In this document: positions 23,923 to 32,986 of the stretch, in pieces
How positions within the stretch are numbered: position 1 is the first letter of the stretch
Layout of the letters: each line of letters begins with the position of its first letter
DNA from: Bacteroidaceae bacterium
GTDB taxonomy: Bacteria > Bacteroidota > Bacteroidia > Bacteroidales > Bacteroidaceae
Direction of reading: 5' to 3'
Length of the DNA stretch: 40,437 bases
NCBI GenBank assembly: GCA_017555865.1
Contig: JAFZFM010000189.1
Coordinates: forward strand, 1 to 40,437
The notes under the pieces: generated by a model
What the model saw: only the letters and a program-made list of their open reading frames with translations
Told to the model about the DNA's origin: nothing
Database searches by the model: none
Position numbers and translations under genes: made by a program

Positions 23923-26817
23923 ATGAAAAAAATCTTTACTTTTTTATTACTATCATTCTTTGTGGCTACGGTGTTGTTTGCCAATCCTGTAGAGCCGGAG
24001 AAGGCTCTTGAGGTAGCAAAGACTTTCTGGAAAAGCCAATCGGACGACAAGGCTGTTGAACTTGTACCATGCAGTTCGTCTGAGATGTCAAAAGTTGCTT
24101 CCCGCTTCAATATCAAGGAGAATGATCCTCAGTTCTATCTGTTTACACCCGAGAAGAGCGGTGGATTTGTAATTGTCTCGGGCGAGGATGAATTGCCTGC
24201 TATTGTAGGATATTCAACAGATGCTACAAACTATGCAGCAGATATGCCTGACGCTCTTGTTGCGTGGTTGGGCGAGTACAGTGAGTATGTCGACAATGTC
24301 CGTTCCGGTGCTGTAGAACCAGCGAAGGTACAGGTAGCTAAGGGAACAAGAGTCGAGCCAATGCTCAAGACTACTTGGGACCAGGGTGCTCCCTACAACA
24401 ATATGTGCCCGACTATCAATGGTCAGTTGCCTCCAACCGGATGTACTGCAACTGCTATGGCGCAGATTTTGAAGTTCCACGAGTGGCCAAAGAGTCCAAA
24501 GAAGAACGTTTCGTGGAACAACAATATTACAGGTATTGTCGAAAATGTCAACATAACTTCTCATGTGTACGATTGGGCCAATATGCTCGGTAGTTACAAA
24601 AGTGGTTATACTACAGCACAAGCCAACGCGGTAGCTCAGCTTATGGTTGACGTGGGTAAAGCTATCGGCAGTCATTATGCACTTTCGGGTACCGGCAGTA
24701 GTGAATATAGCGTAGGCGAAGCCATTGTGAATGTTTTTGATTATTCCCCCGAAGTTACTGTTGTGCGCCGTTCCGAAACTACCGAGGAGGCATTTGTCTC
24801 TTTGATCAGAAAGAACCTTGAAGCGCGTCAGCCACTGCTGTTTTCAGGACAGTCGCAGAACTTTGAGTCGGGACACGCATTCGTGTGTGACGGTATTGAT
24901 GAGAATAACCTTCTGCACATAGATTGGGGTTGGAGTGGCAGCTTTAACGGTTACTTCAGCATGACATATATGAAACCATCGGGAATTGGTACCGGAGGTG
25001 GTGCCGGACGATACAATGTGGCTCAGGCTGTTGTTGCAAACATACGCCCAAGAACTTCGGGTGATTCATACAGGTCGGGTGACCCAACATTGTACTATAC
25101 CGAAATATTCAATCCGAATGATGCTACCAATACAGCCGTTGAAGAGTATGTGGTAAATTCGGTAACAGGAAACATTCGCTTCAAGATTGCAACCTATTTC
25201 CTTAACTGGTCACACTCTACTGTTACATCTTCGCTTGCAGTTGCCATTGAAGAAGAGAATGGAAAGTATGCTGTCCATGAAATCAGCGGAGCAACTTTGA
25301 GTATCCCCAGCAATAATTCAAATGGTTATTATCTGACATTTTCGGTAAATATTACCGACAGACCTAATGGACGCTACAACATCAAGGTTTGCTACAAGAA
25401 ATCCGATGGTAGCTTCAGTTTTATGCCAGGTGACAATAAACTTATTATGGAGATAGGCGATACACAGACCAAGTTGTACAAAGCAACTCCTGATGTTGGA
25501 CTTGCAAGTTTTGATTTCCAGATAACACCTATGTACAAGGGAGATTTGCTCTCGTTCACAGCAAACTTCATCAACCGCAACAAATTTAATTCAACTGTAA
25601 TTATTGTGCCTGTTCTCAACAAACAGCAGGCCGATGGTACATACAAGAGAACGATACTTACAAACTACGCGGCAATGGTTGATGTGTACGATGACAGAGA
25701 GATCTATGCCGAGTTCGAAACATACGAGAAACTCAATGAGGAGTGCAATTACTTTGTGTCGTTCATGTATAATGTAAAGAATTATTATACCGACCGTAAA
25801 CTTGAAGTCGATACCAATAGCCTTATCGATATTGAGGGACAGAGCCAGGTGTTTGCAATTACTGCAGTACCCGATGGGGCTATACCAAGTGTATCGGCAT
25901 TTACTGCCGAAAGTGTGACCGAGGGCAAGAAAATGAGCATTAAGGCTACCATAAAGAATATCTCCTCTACTGAAACTGCTTATTCTGGAACATTAGGAAT
26001 CTTTGTAAAGAGTGTGGCAACCGGTAAAAGCTACCTTATGGATACATACGAGGTAGCCAATTTGGCCAAGGGGGCTACAAAAATATTGACATATAGCAAT
26101 GCCGGATATACTCCTGTGCTTGCACCTGGTGAGTATATTCCTTATGTTTGTGAACTCCAGGATGATTGGGTGCAGATAAAGCACTCTGTTGTCATGCCAA
26201 GATTCAATATTGAAAAACAGCAGGCCGCTATGCTTTATGCAGCAAGCAGAATCAATATTAATGAAGGAAAGGCTGTTGCTCAGGGAAGTTCTTTTGAAAC
26301 AAAATTGAAAGTTGCCGCAATCAATGCCGATTTTGACGGTTATGTGCGTGTGAGTGTGTCGGCCGGTATAAATACCGTTGTCAAGAGTGAGTATATTCCT
26401 GTTTCAATAAAGGCCGGTGATGTTGCCGATATCACTATACCTTGTGAATGTACAGCCAAAGCGTCACTTGGTGACTATGATATAACCATTGCTTATTACG
26501 ACAGCAGTAAGACAAGAATTGGAATCCTTTCCAACAATGTGTTCAATTATCCTGGCAACGGTTATTTCTGGATTGCAGATGCAACAGCCATAGATGTTGT
26601 TGATGAAGCTGTTGTTGCAGTCTCTGCTGTTCCTGGTGCCATAGTTGTCAATAACGCTTCAGAGAACAGTGTATATACAACTGTGTATAGCGTAGGAGGT
26701 GCTGTGGTATACAATGGCTGTAATACCTATATTCCTGTAGCGCAAGGCTTGTATATTGTGTCGGTAAAGAGTGCCGATGGTAAAGCTGTACACTCAAAGG
26801 TGTATGTGAGAAAGTAA
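23923..26817 (+). CDS. C10-family (streptopain/SpeB-like) cysteine peptidase with Spi-type propeptide, beta-sandwich repeats and a T9SS C-terminal sorting domain
   Basis: I take the start at the ATG giving MKKIFTFLLLSFFVATVLFA (the track starts 6 nt earlier at a TTG). The propeptide reads NPVEPEKALEVAKTFW. The catalytic Cys context is TTWDQGAPYNNMCP...GCTATAMAQILKFHEWP and the catalytic His context is SGHAFVCDGID. The C-terminus ...GLYIVSVKSADGKAVHSKVYVRK is typical of Por/T9SS sorting domains. Confidence 0.85.
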   Translation: MKKIFTFLLLSFFVATVLFANPVEPEKALEVAKTFWKSQSDDKAVELVPCSSSEMSKVASRFNIKENDPQFYLFTPEKSGGFVIVSGEDELPAIVGYSTDATNYAADMPDALVAWLGEYSEYVDNVRSGAVEPAKVQVAKGTRVEPMLKTTWDQGAPYNNMCPTINGQLPPTGCTATAMAQILKFHEWPKSPKKNVSWNNNITGIVENVNITSHVYDWANMLGSYKSGYTTAQANAVAQLMVDVGKAIGSHYALSGTGSSEYSVGEAIVNVFDYSPEVTVVRRSETTEEAFVSLIRKNLEARQPLLFSGQSQNFESGHAFVCDGIDENNLLHIDWGWSGSFNGYFSMTYMKPSGIGTGGGAGRYNVAQAVVANIRPRTSGDSYRSGDPTLYYTEIFNPNDATNTAVEEYVVNSVTGNIRFKIATYFLNWSHSTVTSSLAVAIEEENGKYAVHEISGATLSIPSNNSNGYYLTFSVNITDRPNGRYNIKVCYKKSDGSFSFMPGDNKLIMEIGDTQTKLYKATPDVGLASFDFQITPMYKGDLLSFTANFINRNKFNSTVIIVPVLNKQQADGTYKRTILTNYAAMVDVYDDREIYAEFETYEKLNEECNYFVSFMYNVKNYYTDRKLEVDTNSLIDIEGQSQVFAITAVPDGAIPSVSAFTAESVTEGKKMSIKATIKNISSTETAYSGTLGIFVKSVATGKSYLMDTYEVANLAKGATKILTYSNAGYTPVLAPGEYIPYVCELQDDWVQIKHSVVMPRFNIEKQQAAMLYAASRININEGKAVAQGSSFETKLKVAAINADFDGYVRVSVSAGINTVVKSEYIPVSIKAGDVADITIPCECTAKASLGDYDITIAYYDSSKTRIGILSNNVFNYPGNGYFWIADATAIDVVDEAVVAVSAVPGAIVVNNASENSVYTTVYSVGGAVVYNGCNTYIPVAQGLYIVSVKSADGKAVHSKVYVRK

Positions 26818-26836
26818 TAGTACTTACATAAGTTAT

Positions 26837-26876
26837 AAAGCAAAAAGCATGTCACAATAGGCATGCTTTTTGCTTT
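26837..26876 (+). terminator. intrinsic terminator of the C10 protease gene
   Basis: AAAGCAAAAAGCATG tcacaatag GCATGCTTTTTGCTTT is a perfect long stem followed by ATTT. Confidence 0.8.
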
Positions 26877-26925
26877 ATTTGTAAAATAATGCTACATTAG
26901 CACAATCTTTAATAATTCTATCTCT

Positions 26926-28272
26926 ATGAAACGTTTCTATATTGTGATGGCTGTGTTGTTTGTAGCAGCAGTGTGCAGTGCTTCGGGGTTGTCGGGAAGC
27001 AGGCAACGCAAAGTAAAGAAATACTTTTCCGGTGTGCTTACCGGCAACGGTGCAGGCTTTTCCGGTGACAAAAAGATTTCGGTAAAGGATATAAATGATG
27101 TGCGTGAGACTGTATGGCAATGCTGGTGCGAAGCTGTGGCTGCAAACGAGACCCCCGGTTTTATTGTTCCGTTTGCCCAGGACGAGCCTCGTGATACGGG
27201 TTATTGGAGGCTTCCTCAGGATTTGGAGCCCGATGCGGTAATGCCTTACTATTTTATTAAAAAGGGCGAACAGCCACAGGATGGCTACCCGCTGTTCCTT
27301 TATATGCACGGTTCAGGCAGCAAGGTGAGTGAGTGGAAAACAGGTATTCGTTTGTGCTATAGTTACGAGGATTCACCATCACTGCATTTTATACCTCAGA
27401 TCCCCCGTGAGGATCATTATCGTTGGGCAATACAGAGCAAGCAATGGGCTTGGGAAAAACTGCTGCGTCTTGCATTTGTTGACAGTAGTATAGACGCAAA
27501 CCGAATATATTTCTATGGTATTTCCGAGGGTGGTTATGGTAGCCAGCGTCTGGCGTCGTTCTATGCCGATTATCTTGCCGGAGCAGGCCCTATGGCTGGT
27601 GGTGAACCGTTGAAGAATGCCCCAATGGAGAACCTTGCCAATATAGCATTCTCGTTGCGTACCGGTGAAAGGGATTATAGTTTCGGACGAAACATGATGA
27701 CCTATAATGCGTCGTTGGTGATGGATAGTCTGCAGGCTGCGCATCCCGGTATGTATAACCACTTTATAGAGCTTATACCAAATATGGGGCATGGCATAAA
27801 TTATGAGAAGACAACCCCATGGCTTGCAAAGCACACAAGAAATCCCCATCCCACATATTTCTATTGGGAAGATTATGATATGTATGGCCGTCACCGCACA
27901 GGCTTCTACAATATAAAAGTCAATGAGACTTCACGTAACAGCGACGAGGAGCGTACATGCTACGAGGTGCAGATTGCCGACAATGTTGTTGACGTAAAGG
28001 TGAATAATGTTACATATACAACAATAAAGGAACTGTATAATATTCCAATGTTGTTCAGCAAAAGTTATGAGGTCGCTACAAAAGGTAAAATAACAATTTT
28101 CCTCAGTGAGCAGTTGTTCGATTTTTCACAACCGGTGAAGGTTGTAGTGAATGGTAAGGTCGCCTTTGAAGGTAAAGTTGTGCCAAGGCTCAGTGCTATG
28201 GTTGAGAGCTGTGCCGAATTCTTTGATCCGGAGCGTCTGTTCCCGGCTTCGGTAACGGTTGATATCAAGTGA
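26926..28272 (+). CDS. secreted alpha/beta hydrolase (esterase / predicted peptidase type), possible lipoprotein
   Basis: 448 aa. The signal peptide has a Cys (VAAVCSASG). The nucleophile elbow is NRIYFYGISEGGYG (G-x-S-x-G). An upstream PLFLYMHGSGSK and a downstream NMGHGI are present. A C-terminal beta-rich region of about 110 aa follows. Confidence 0.65.
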   Translation: MKRFYIVMAVLFVAAVCSASGLSGSRQRKVKKYFSGVLTGNGAGFSGDKKISVKDINDVRETVWQCWCEAVAANETPGFIVPFAQDEPRDTGYWRLPQDLEPDAVMPYYFIKKGEQPQDGYPLFLYMHGSGSKVSEWKTGIRLCYSYEDSPSLHFIPQIPREDHYRWAIQSKQWAWEKLLRLAFVDSSIDANRIYFYGISEGGYGSQRLASFYADYLAGAGPMAGGEPLKNAPMENLANIAFSLRTGERDYSFGRNMMTYNASLVMDSLQAAHPGMYNHFIELIPNMGHGINYEKTTPWLAKHTRNPHPTYFYWEDYDMYGRHRTGFYNIKVNETSRNSDEERTCYEVQIADNVVDVKVNNVTYTTIKELYNIPMLFSKSYEVATKGKITIFLSEQLFDFSQPVKVVVNGKVAFEGKVVPRLSAMVESCAEFFDPERLFPASVTVDIK

Positions 28273-28292
28273 TATTCTGTTTATCATAAATA

Positions 28293-28335
28293 TATAACGT
28301 GCATGTACAATATAAACTGTGTATGCACGTTATAT
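28293..28335 (+). terminator. hairpin terminator after the hydrolase gene
   Basis: Inverted repeat ATATAACGTGCAT ... ATGCACGTTATAT with a 17 nt loop, followed by TGTT. Confidence 0.55.
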
Positions 28336-28462
28336 TGTTACAAGTATTTTGCATTGCTGTGCAAGTTAGTACCGGCTTTGTGTGATATTGTCATCTTTTT
28401 TGACTATCTTCGCCAGACTTTTTTGGACAAGGTGTATCAAAGAAGAACTGCATTGTAGAAAA

Positions 28463-29086
28463 ATGAATCAGGAATATCCATCGACACTGCTCGAGAGGGC
28501 TGTAAAGGAGTTTACCAAACTTCCCGGTATCGGGCGCAAGACTGCGACACGTCTTGTGCTTCATCTCTTGCGCAAGAATGAGAGCGAGGTCGAGGGGTTT
28601 GCTTCGTCCATAACAACCCTTAAACGTGATGCAAAGTATTGCAGCGTGTGCCACAGCATATCGGATACCGATATATGCCCAATTTGTGCCAACCCAATGC
28701 GCGACCACGGGGTGATTTGTGTTGTTGAGAATATACAGGATGTAATGGCTGTAGAGAATACAATGCAGTATCGTGGGGTATACCATGTTTTGGGAGGTGT
28801 CATATCTCCAATGGATGGTGTCTCTCCAGGCGACCTCAATATATCCACTCTTGTAGAGCGGGTATCTGCTGGTGAAGTAAAGGAGGTTATCCTGGCACTC
28901 AGTTCTACCATGGAGGGTGACACGACAAACTTTTATATTTATCGTAAATTGTCGCAATATGGAGTAAAACTCTCTGTCATTGCGCGTGGAATAGCTGTTG
29001 GTGATGAACTGGAGTATGCCGATGAGGTTACACTTGGCAGTTCCATTGTCAACCGTACACCGTTTACAGGAAAAACAGTATTGTAA
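28463..29086 (+). CDS. recR: recombination protein RecR
   Basis: I prefer the start at 28463 ([36 protein letters not shown], the HhH motif). The zinc finger is [17 protein letters not shown] Toprim domain is present ([14 protein letters not shown]). The track start at 28382 adds 27 implausible residues. Confidence 0.92.
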   Translation: MNQEYPSTLLERAVKEFTKLPGIGRKTATRLVLHLLRKNESEVEGFASSITTLKRDAKYCSVCHSISDTDICPICANPMRDHGVICVVENIQDVMAVENTMQYRGVYHVLGGVISPMDGVSPGDLNISTLVERVSAGEVKEVILALSSTMEGDTTNFYIYRKLSQYGVKLSVIARGIAVGDELEYADEVTLGSSIVNRTPFTGKTVL

Positions 29087-29535
29087 TGCAGAAGGATAGA
29101 GTATTGAAATGGTTGAGAATAAACTATGCGGTGTCTGTAGCGTCCGCATTGTTGGTTGTGCTTGCCTTTGAGAGTGGTTATCTTTACAAAGGTGCGTTGT
29201 TGAATGTTATGTCCGAGTCAACTGTATATGTTGTGCAGGTGATGTCGGTCATGCTCACTGTTCTTCTTATTCCGCTTGCAATAAAAAGTTTTACAAGGGG
29301 ATTGGCAAAAGCAAAGAATATGGGTGGAAAAGCTGCTTCTTTGAGATTCTTCAACAAGAAGGCATTGCAGCGCATTTTCATATTGTTTATAGCAATAGTT
29401 GTCAGTGAGTTCGTGTATTACGGGCTTAACTATGAAGGAGCGTTGTATTGCGCAATACTTGGCTATGGTGCGTTGGCCTATAGTTATCCTACCAGAACGG
29501 TTCTGGAGGACTATATTCAGGGTTTAAACAAATAA
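29086..29535 (+). CDS. hypothetical small integral membrane protein (about 4 TM)
   Basis: 149 aa. Its ATG overlaps the recR stop (TAATG). It has four hydrophobic segments and no recognisable motif. Confidence 0.5.
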   Translation: MQKDRVLKWLRINYAVSVASALLVVLAFESGYLYKGALLNVMSESTVYVVQVMSVMLTVLLIPLAIKSFTRGLAKAKNMGGKAASLRFFNKKALQRIFILFIAIVVSEFVYYGLNYEGALYCAILGYGALAYSYPTRTVLEDYIQGLNK

Positions 29536-29547
29536 AGCGGACGAGTA

Positions 29548-30753
29548 GTGAAGCTGTCGGTAATAATAGTAAGTTATAATGTAAAATATTTCCTTGAACA
29601 GTGCCTTTGCTCGCTTGAGAAGGCTGCCGAGGGAATAGAACATGAGGTCATCATTGTGGACAATGCGTCCGATGATGATTCTACGCATTATATAACTTCT
29701 CGTTTCCCTGGTGTAAAATGGATTGCCAATAAGGAAAACCTTGGATTTTCCCGTGCAAACAATATTGCGTTTGAGCATGTATGCGGTGAGTATGTATTAA
29801 TGCTTAATCCGGATACCATAGTGACACGTGATTCAATAGCAAGCACCGTGGCTTTTATGGATGGAAATCCCGAAGCCGGTGCTGTCGGTGTCAAGATGCT
29901 CAACAAGGACGGAAATTTTGCACTGGAAAGTCGTAGAGGTATTGTGACACCTTGGGTGAGTATATGCAAGGCTGCCGGTTTCTGTAAACGCTACCCCAAG
30001 AGCAAACTGTTCGGTCATTATTATATGAGTTATTTGCCCGAGGATGAGGTTTGCTCTATAGAGATGGTGTCGGGAGCGTTCATGATGTTACGTCGCAGCA
30101 AGCTTCAGGAGATAGGTTTCCTTGATGAAAAGTTCTTCATGTACTGGGAAGATAGCGACCTTTCGTACCGCATGCTCAAATCGGGTGCAAAGAACTTCTA
30201 TCTGCCATATCCAATCCTGCACTACAAGGGCGAAAGTTCTGTCAGAAGTAAACTGAAATACAGATACTGGTTGTATTATTCGCTGCAGATTTTCTTCAAG
30301 AAGCATAATCCACTATACTATATATTGTCATATATGCCATTGACATTGGTGGTGCTGTTGCTCAAGTTCCGTATCCACATTCTGAACCCACTGTTGTTGG
30401 GAAAGGGATGGGATGCACGAAAGGTTGAGCCGGAGCAGAGTTTTGTGGTTGTTGGCAAGAGGTCGACTTATGACGAGATTGTAGGTTTCTTCAAAAAGAA
30501 CAAAATCGGTCGTTGTTGTACGTTTGTTGAGGCTTGTGATGCTGATTTGACAAGCGGTAAGGTTAAAGTGACAAACCCCGGCGGTTGCAATCATGTGTTG
30601 TTCGATACCTCATGTATTTCGTACGACACAATGGTTTGTACGCTTGAGAATCTGAAACATGAAGGGCTGAAGATTGCGACATATTCTCCCGAAAGAAAGA
30701 TTCTGATTACCGATGGTATCATTTACAACTCCAATGGGGTTATAGAGATGTGA
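29548..30753 (+). CDS. family 2 glycosyltransferase with membrane segment and Cys-rich C-terminal domain
   Basis: 401 aa with a GTG start. The GT2 signature is KLSVIIVSYNVKYFLEQCL...VDNASDDDS...NLGFSRANN...NPD. A hydrophobic stretch (YILSYMPLTLVVLLLKF) is followed by about 110 aa of unknown fold. Confidence 0.8.
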   Translation: MKLSVIIVSYNVKYFLEQCLCSLEKAAEGIEHEVIIVDNASDDDSTHYITSRFPGVKWIANKENLGFSRANNIAFEHVCGEYVLMLNPDTIVTRDSIASTVAFMDGNPEAGAVGVKMLNKDGNFALESRRGIVTPWVSICKAAGFCKRYPKSKLFGHYYMSYLPEDEVCSIEMVSGAFMMLRRSKLQEIGFLDEKFFMYWEDSDLSYRMLKSGAKNFYLPYPILHYKGESSVRSKLKYRYWLYYSLQIFFKKHNPLYYILSYMPLTLVVLLLKFRIHILNPLLLGKGWDARKVEPEQSFVVVGKRSTYDEIVGFFKKNKIGRCCTFVEACDADLTSGKVKVTNPGGCNHVLFDTSCISYDTMVCTLENLKHEGLKIATYSPERKILITDGIIYNSNGVIEM

Positions 30754-30758
30754 GCTAT

Positions 30759-31295
30759 ATGAGCGTGTGGCTTAAAGACGATACCCTTCTTCTTCGCTCT
30801 CCCGAGCCTGAGGATCTTGAACTGCTCTATAAAATGGAGAATGATACAGCCTTGTGGGAGGTTGGCAGTACTCTTTTGCCATATTCAAGGCACACCCTAA
30901 GAGAATATCTTAAAAACAGCACACAGGATCTTTTTACAGAGCGTCAGGCGCGTTTTGTTATAGAGTTGAATAGTGGCGAATGTGCGGGTATGATAGATCT
31001 TGCCGAATTTGACCCCATTAATGGTAGAGCCGAGGTGTGTATTGGACTTTTGGGTGTGTATTGTGGTAAGGGAATTGCTTCGCGTGCATTGAATCTTTTG
31101 TGCGATTATGCGCTGTGCCGCCTGCATCTTCACCAGCTTTATGCCTATATTCCTGAAAAAAATATGCCAAGTCGCAAGCTTTTTTCTGCAGCAGGCTTTG
31201 AAGAGGGTGTTTTACTTAAAGATTGGAAGCGCTGTGAAACAGGGTACGAAAACGTGCTTTTAGTGCAAAAAATGGCGAAAAACAGCCCGTTTTGA
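30759..31295 (+). CDS. GNAT-family N-acetyltransferase (RimJ/RimL-like)
   Basis: About 178 aa from the ATG at 30759 (the track uses GTG 30750). The sequence LRSPEPEDLELLYKMEND ... CGKGIASRALNLLCDYAL ... NMPSRKLFSAAGFEEGVLLKDW is a typical acetyltransferase core. Confidence 0.8.
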   Translation: MSVWLKDDTLLLRSPEPEDLELLYKMENDTALWEVGSTLLPYSRHTLREYLKNSTQDLFTERQARFVIELNSGECAGMIDLAEFDPINGRAEVCIGLLGVYCGKGIASRALNLLCDYALCRLHLHQLYAYIPEKNMPSRKLFSAAGFEEGVLLKDWKRCETGYENVLLVQKMAKNSPF

Positions 31296-31344
31296 AGAAA
31301 AAAGCAGAAAAAATGCAATTTTTTGAAAAAAAACTTCGAAAAAG

Positions 31345-31385
31345 TTTGCAGATATAAAAAAAAAACCTACCTTTGCACTCGCTTT
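31345..31385 (+). promoter_or_regulatory. Bacteroides-type promoter of tRNA-Asp
   Basis: TTTG at 31345-31348, a 19 nt spacer, then TACCTTTG at 31368-31375. The 18-mer TACCTTTGCACTCGCTTT (31368-31385) is repeated exactly at the tRNA-Glu promoter. Confidence 0.65.
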
Positions 31386-31419
31386 AAGACACGAACAAAG
31401 CAGTAAACTTTGAAATTCT

Positions 31420-31493
31420 GGTGCGTTAGTTCAGTTGGTTAGAATACATGCCTGTCACGCATGGGGTCACGGGTTCGAGTCCCGTACGCACCG
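31420..31493 (+). tRNA. tRNA-Asp (anticodon GTC)
   Basis: Folded by hand. The acceptor stem is GGTGCGT / ACGCACC. The anticodon stem CATGC / GCATG encloses the loop CTGTCAC (GTC). The T-arm is CACGGGTTCGAGTCCCGT(G). No CCA is encoded. Confidence 0.9.
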
Positions 31494-31499
31494 CAGAAA

Positions 31500-31546
31500 A
31501 AATCTCCTAGATTGTTGCAAAACAACGATTTAGGAGATTTTCTTTT
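31500..31546 (+). terminator. intrinsic terminator after tRNA-Asp
   Basis: An 18 bp stem (AAATCTCCTAGATTGTTG / CAACGATTTAGGAGATTT, including two G-U pairs) with a 5 nt loop, followed by TCTTTT. Confidence 0.8.
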
Positions 31547-31630
31547 ATTCCATAACCCAATTTTGGCTACAATTTGGCAACATTTTTATATTTTTTCGGG
31601 ATCAACGTAAAATTCTGAGGGATTTCAAAA

Positions 31631-31786
31631 TCAAGCATATAATTTTGATAACCTGAAAAGGAAAAAATCTTTATCTTTTACACCTCTGAACTGTGCCCTA
31701 AAAGCTTTGATTTTTGCATTAAATGACTCCGATGCGGCATTTGTAGAACGTTTGTCAAAGAAGTTGAGTATTTTCTCATAGTGCAT
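31631..31786 (-). pseudogene. 3'-terminal remnant of an ISL3-type DDE transposase gene
   Basis: My hand translation of the minus strand is MHYEKILNFFDKRSTNAASESFNAKIKAFRAQFRGVKDKDFFLFRLSKLYA*. The pattern N-x-x-x-E-x-x-N-x-K-I-K-x-x-x-R...F-x-x-R is the C-terminal catalytic-E region of ISL3-like transposases. An in-frame TGA lies 4 codons upstream of the M, and the rest of the gene is absent. Confidence 0.65.
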
Positions 31787-31890
31787 ATATAGTTCTCATA
31801 TTTTGAAAATAATTCTTTTTTTATGAAAGTTTTTAAGCATCTGTGTGTCTAAACAAGTAGAAACAAGAAGCTTCTAAAAACAAAAAACTG

Positions 31891-32373
31891 ATGGATAATA
31901 CTGAACGGAAATTTACTGAAATGGTTAAGGAATACCGTAAGACAATTTATACTGTCTGCTATTTCTTTTCCAATGACAAGGATGAGGTCGATGACCTTTT
32001 CCAGGAGATTCTTATAAATCTTTGGAAGGGTTTTAAGAACTTTCGTGGAGATTGTGATATAAAGACTTGGATTTGGCGTGTGAGTCTCAATACTTGCAAC
32101 AATCAGGAACGAAAGAAGAAAAGTCGTGTACAGACGGTTCCTCTTTTGGTAGACATAGATTTGTATCACGATGAAGACGAGAACAGTAAGCAGATTCAGA
32201 TGTTGTATGACAGGATTAACCGTCTGGATGTCTTTGATAGGGCAATTATTCTTCTTTGGCTGGAGAATATGAGTTATCGGGATATAGCCAACGTTGTCGG
32301 TATAACGCTGTCAAACGTAACCACCAGGTTGTTCCGTATTAAGGAACAGTTGAAATCAATGTCTAACAACTAA
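31891..32373 (+). CDS. ECF-type RNA polymerase sigma-70 family factor
   Basis: 160 aa. Region 2 reads DDLFQEILINLWKGFKNFRGDCDIKTWIWRVSLNTC. The region 4 HTH reads MSYRDIANVVGITLSNVTTRLFRIKEQLK. Confidence 0.88.
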   Translation: MDNTERKFTEMVKEYRKTIYTVCYFFSNDKDEVDDLFQEILINLWKGFKNFRGDCDIKTWIWRVSLNTCNNQERKKKSRVQTVPLLVDIDLYHDEDENSKQIQMLYDRINRLDVFDRAIILLWLENMSYRDIANVVGITLSNVTTRLFRIKEQLKSMSNN

Positions 32374-32383
32374 ATTAAGAATT

Positions 32384-32986
32384 ATGAGACAGGGTGAACT
32401 TGAATTCAAAGAGTTTGAGGAACTTAAAAAACAGTTCGGTCTTTTGGACAGTAAGCTGGAGAAACAGCGCATTATCAGCGAAGGTATTGTGAATGGGGCA
32501 ATACGGGAGAAATTATCTCATATTGAACGATGGTATAAAAACAGATTCAGTACATCTATAATATATTCGCCAATCATAAGTGTTGTTTTCCTTGTGATGT
32601 ATTTGGATAAAGGGATTGCTTATTGGGGTTTCGGCCTATTGATATTGGCTGTTGGGTTAATTGAATATCTGTTGAATCGCAGGTGTTATAATGCTCTTGC
32701 TATTGATAGACTATCGTCAATGAGTATGACCGATGCTCAAGAGAGGGTTATTGACCATAAGCGACTCCGTTCTCTGACGGAGAAGATAATGATACTCCCT
32801 TATATAGCACTTGTTGCGTGGACAATACTTGTTGCGTCTGACTTCTGTTTTAGTCTTGAGGTCTTTGCTGTTACAGCATTTGCTATGGGTGTAGCTGCTG
32901 TTTGGGGCTACAGTCAGCAAAAGGCTAATAAGAAACATCTTGATACTGTATTGCTGCATATCCGGAGCCTTCGTGGCGAAGAATGA
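32384..32986 (+). CDS. hypothetical membrane protein, candidate cognate regulator of the ECF sigma
   Basis: 200 aa, 10 nt downstream of the sigma gene. The charged helical N-terminus (about 60 aa) is followed by four hydrophobic segments. There is no zf-HC2 or RskA-type anti-sigma motif. Confidence 0.45.
   Translation: MRQGELEFKEFEELKKQFGLLDSKLEKQRIISEGIVNGAIREKLSHIERWYKNRFSTSIIYSPIISVVFLVMYLDKGIAYWGFGLLILAVGLIEYLLNRRCYNALAIDRLSSMSMTDAQERVIDHKRLRSLTEKIMILPYIALVAWTILVASDFCFSLEVFAVTAFAMGVAAVWGYSQQKANKKHLDTVLLHIRSLRGEE

Noticed and set aside
28391-29149. 252 aa minus-strand ORF covering recR. Similar long antisense ORFs occur at 11693-12376, 13976-14446 and 22113-22892.
   Set aside because: All overlap well-supported genes on the other strand, lack recognisable motifs and have Cys/His/Arg-rich junk composition.
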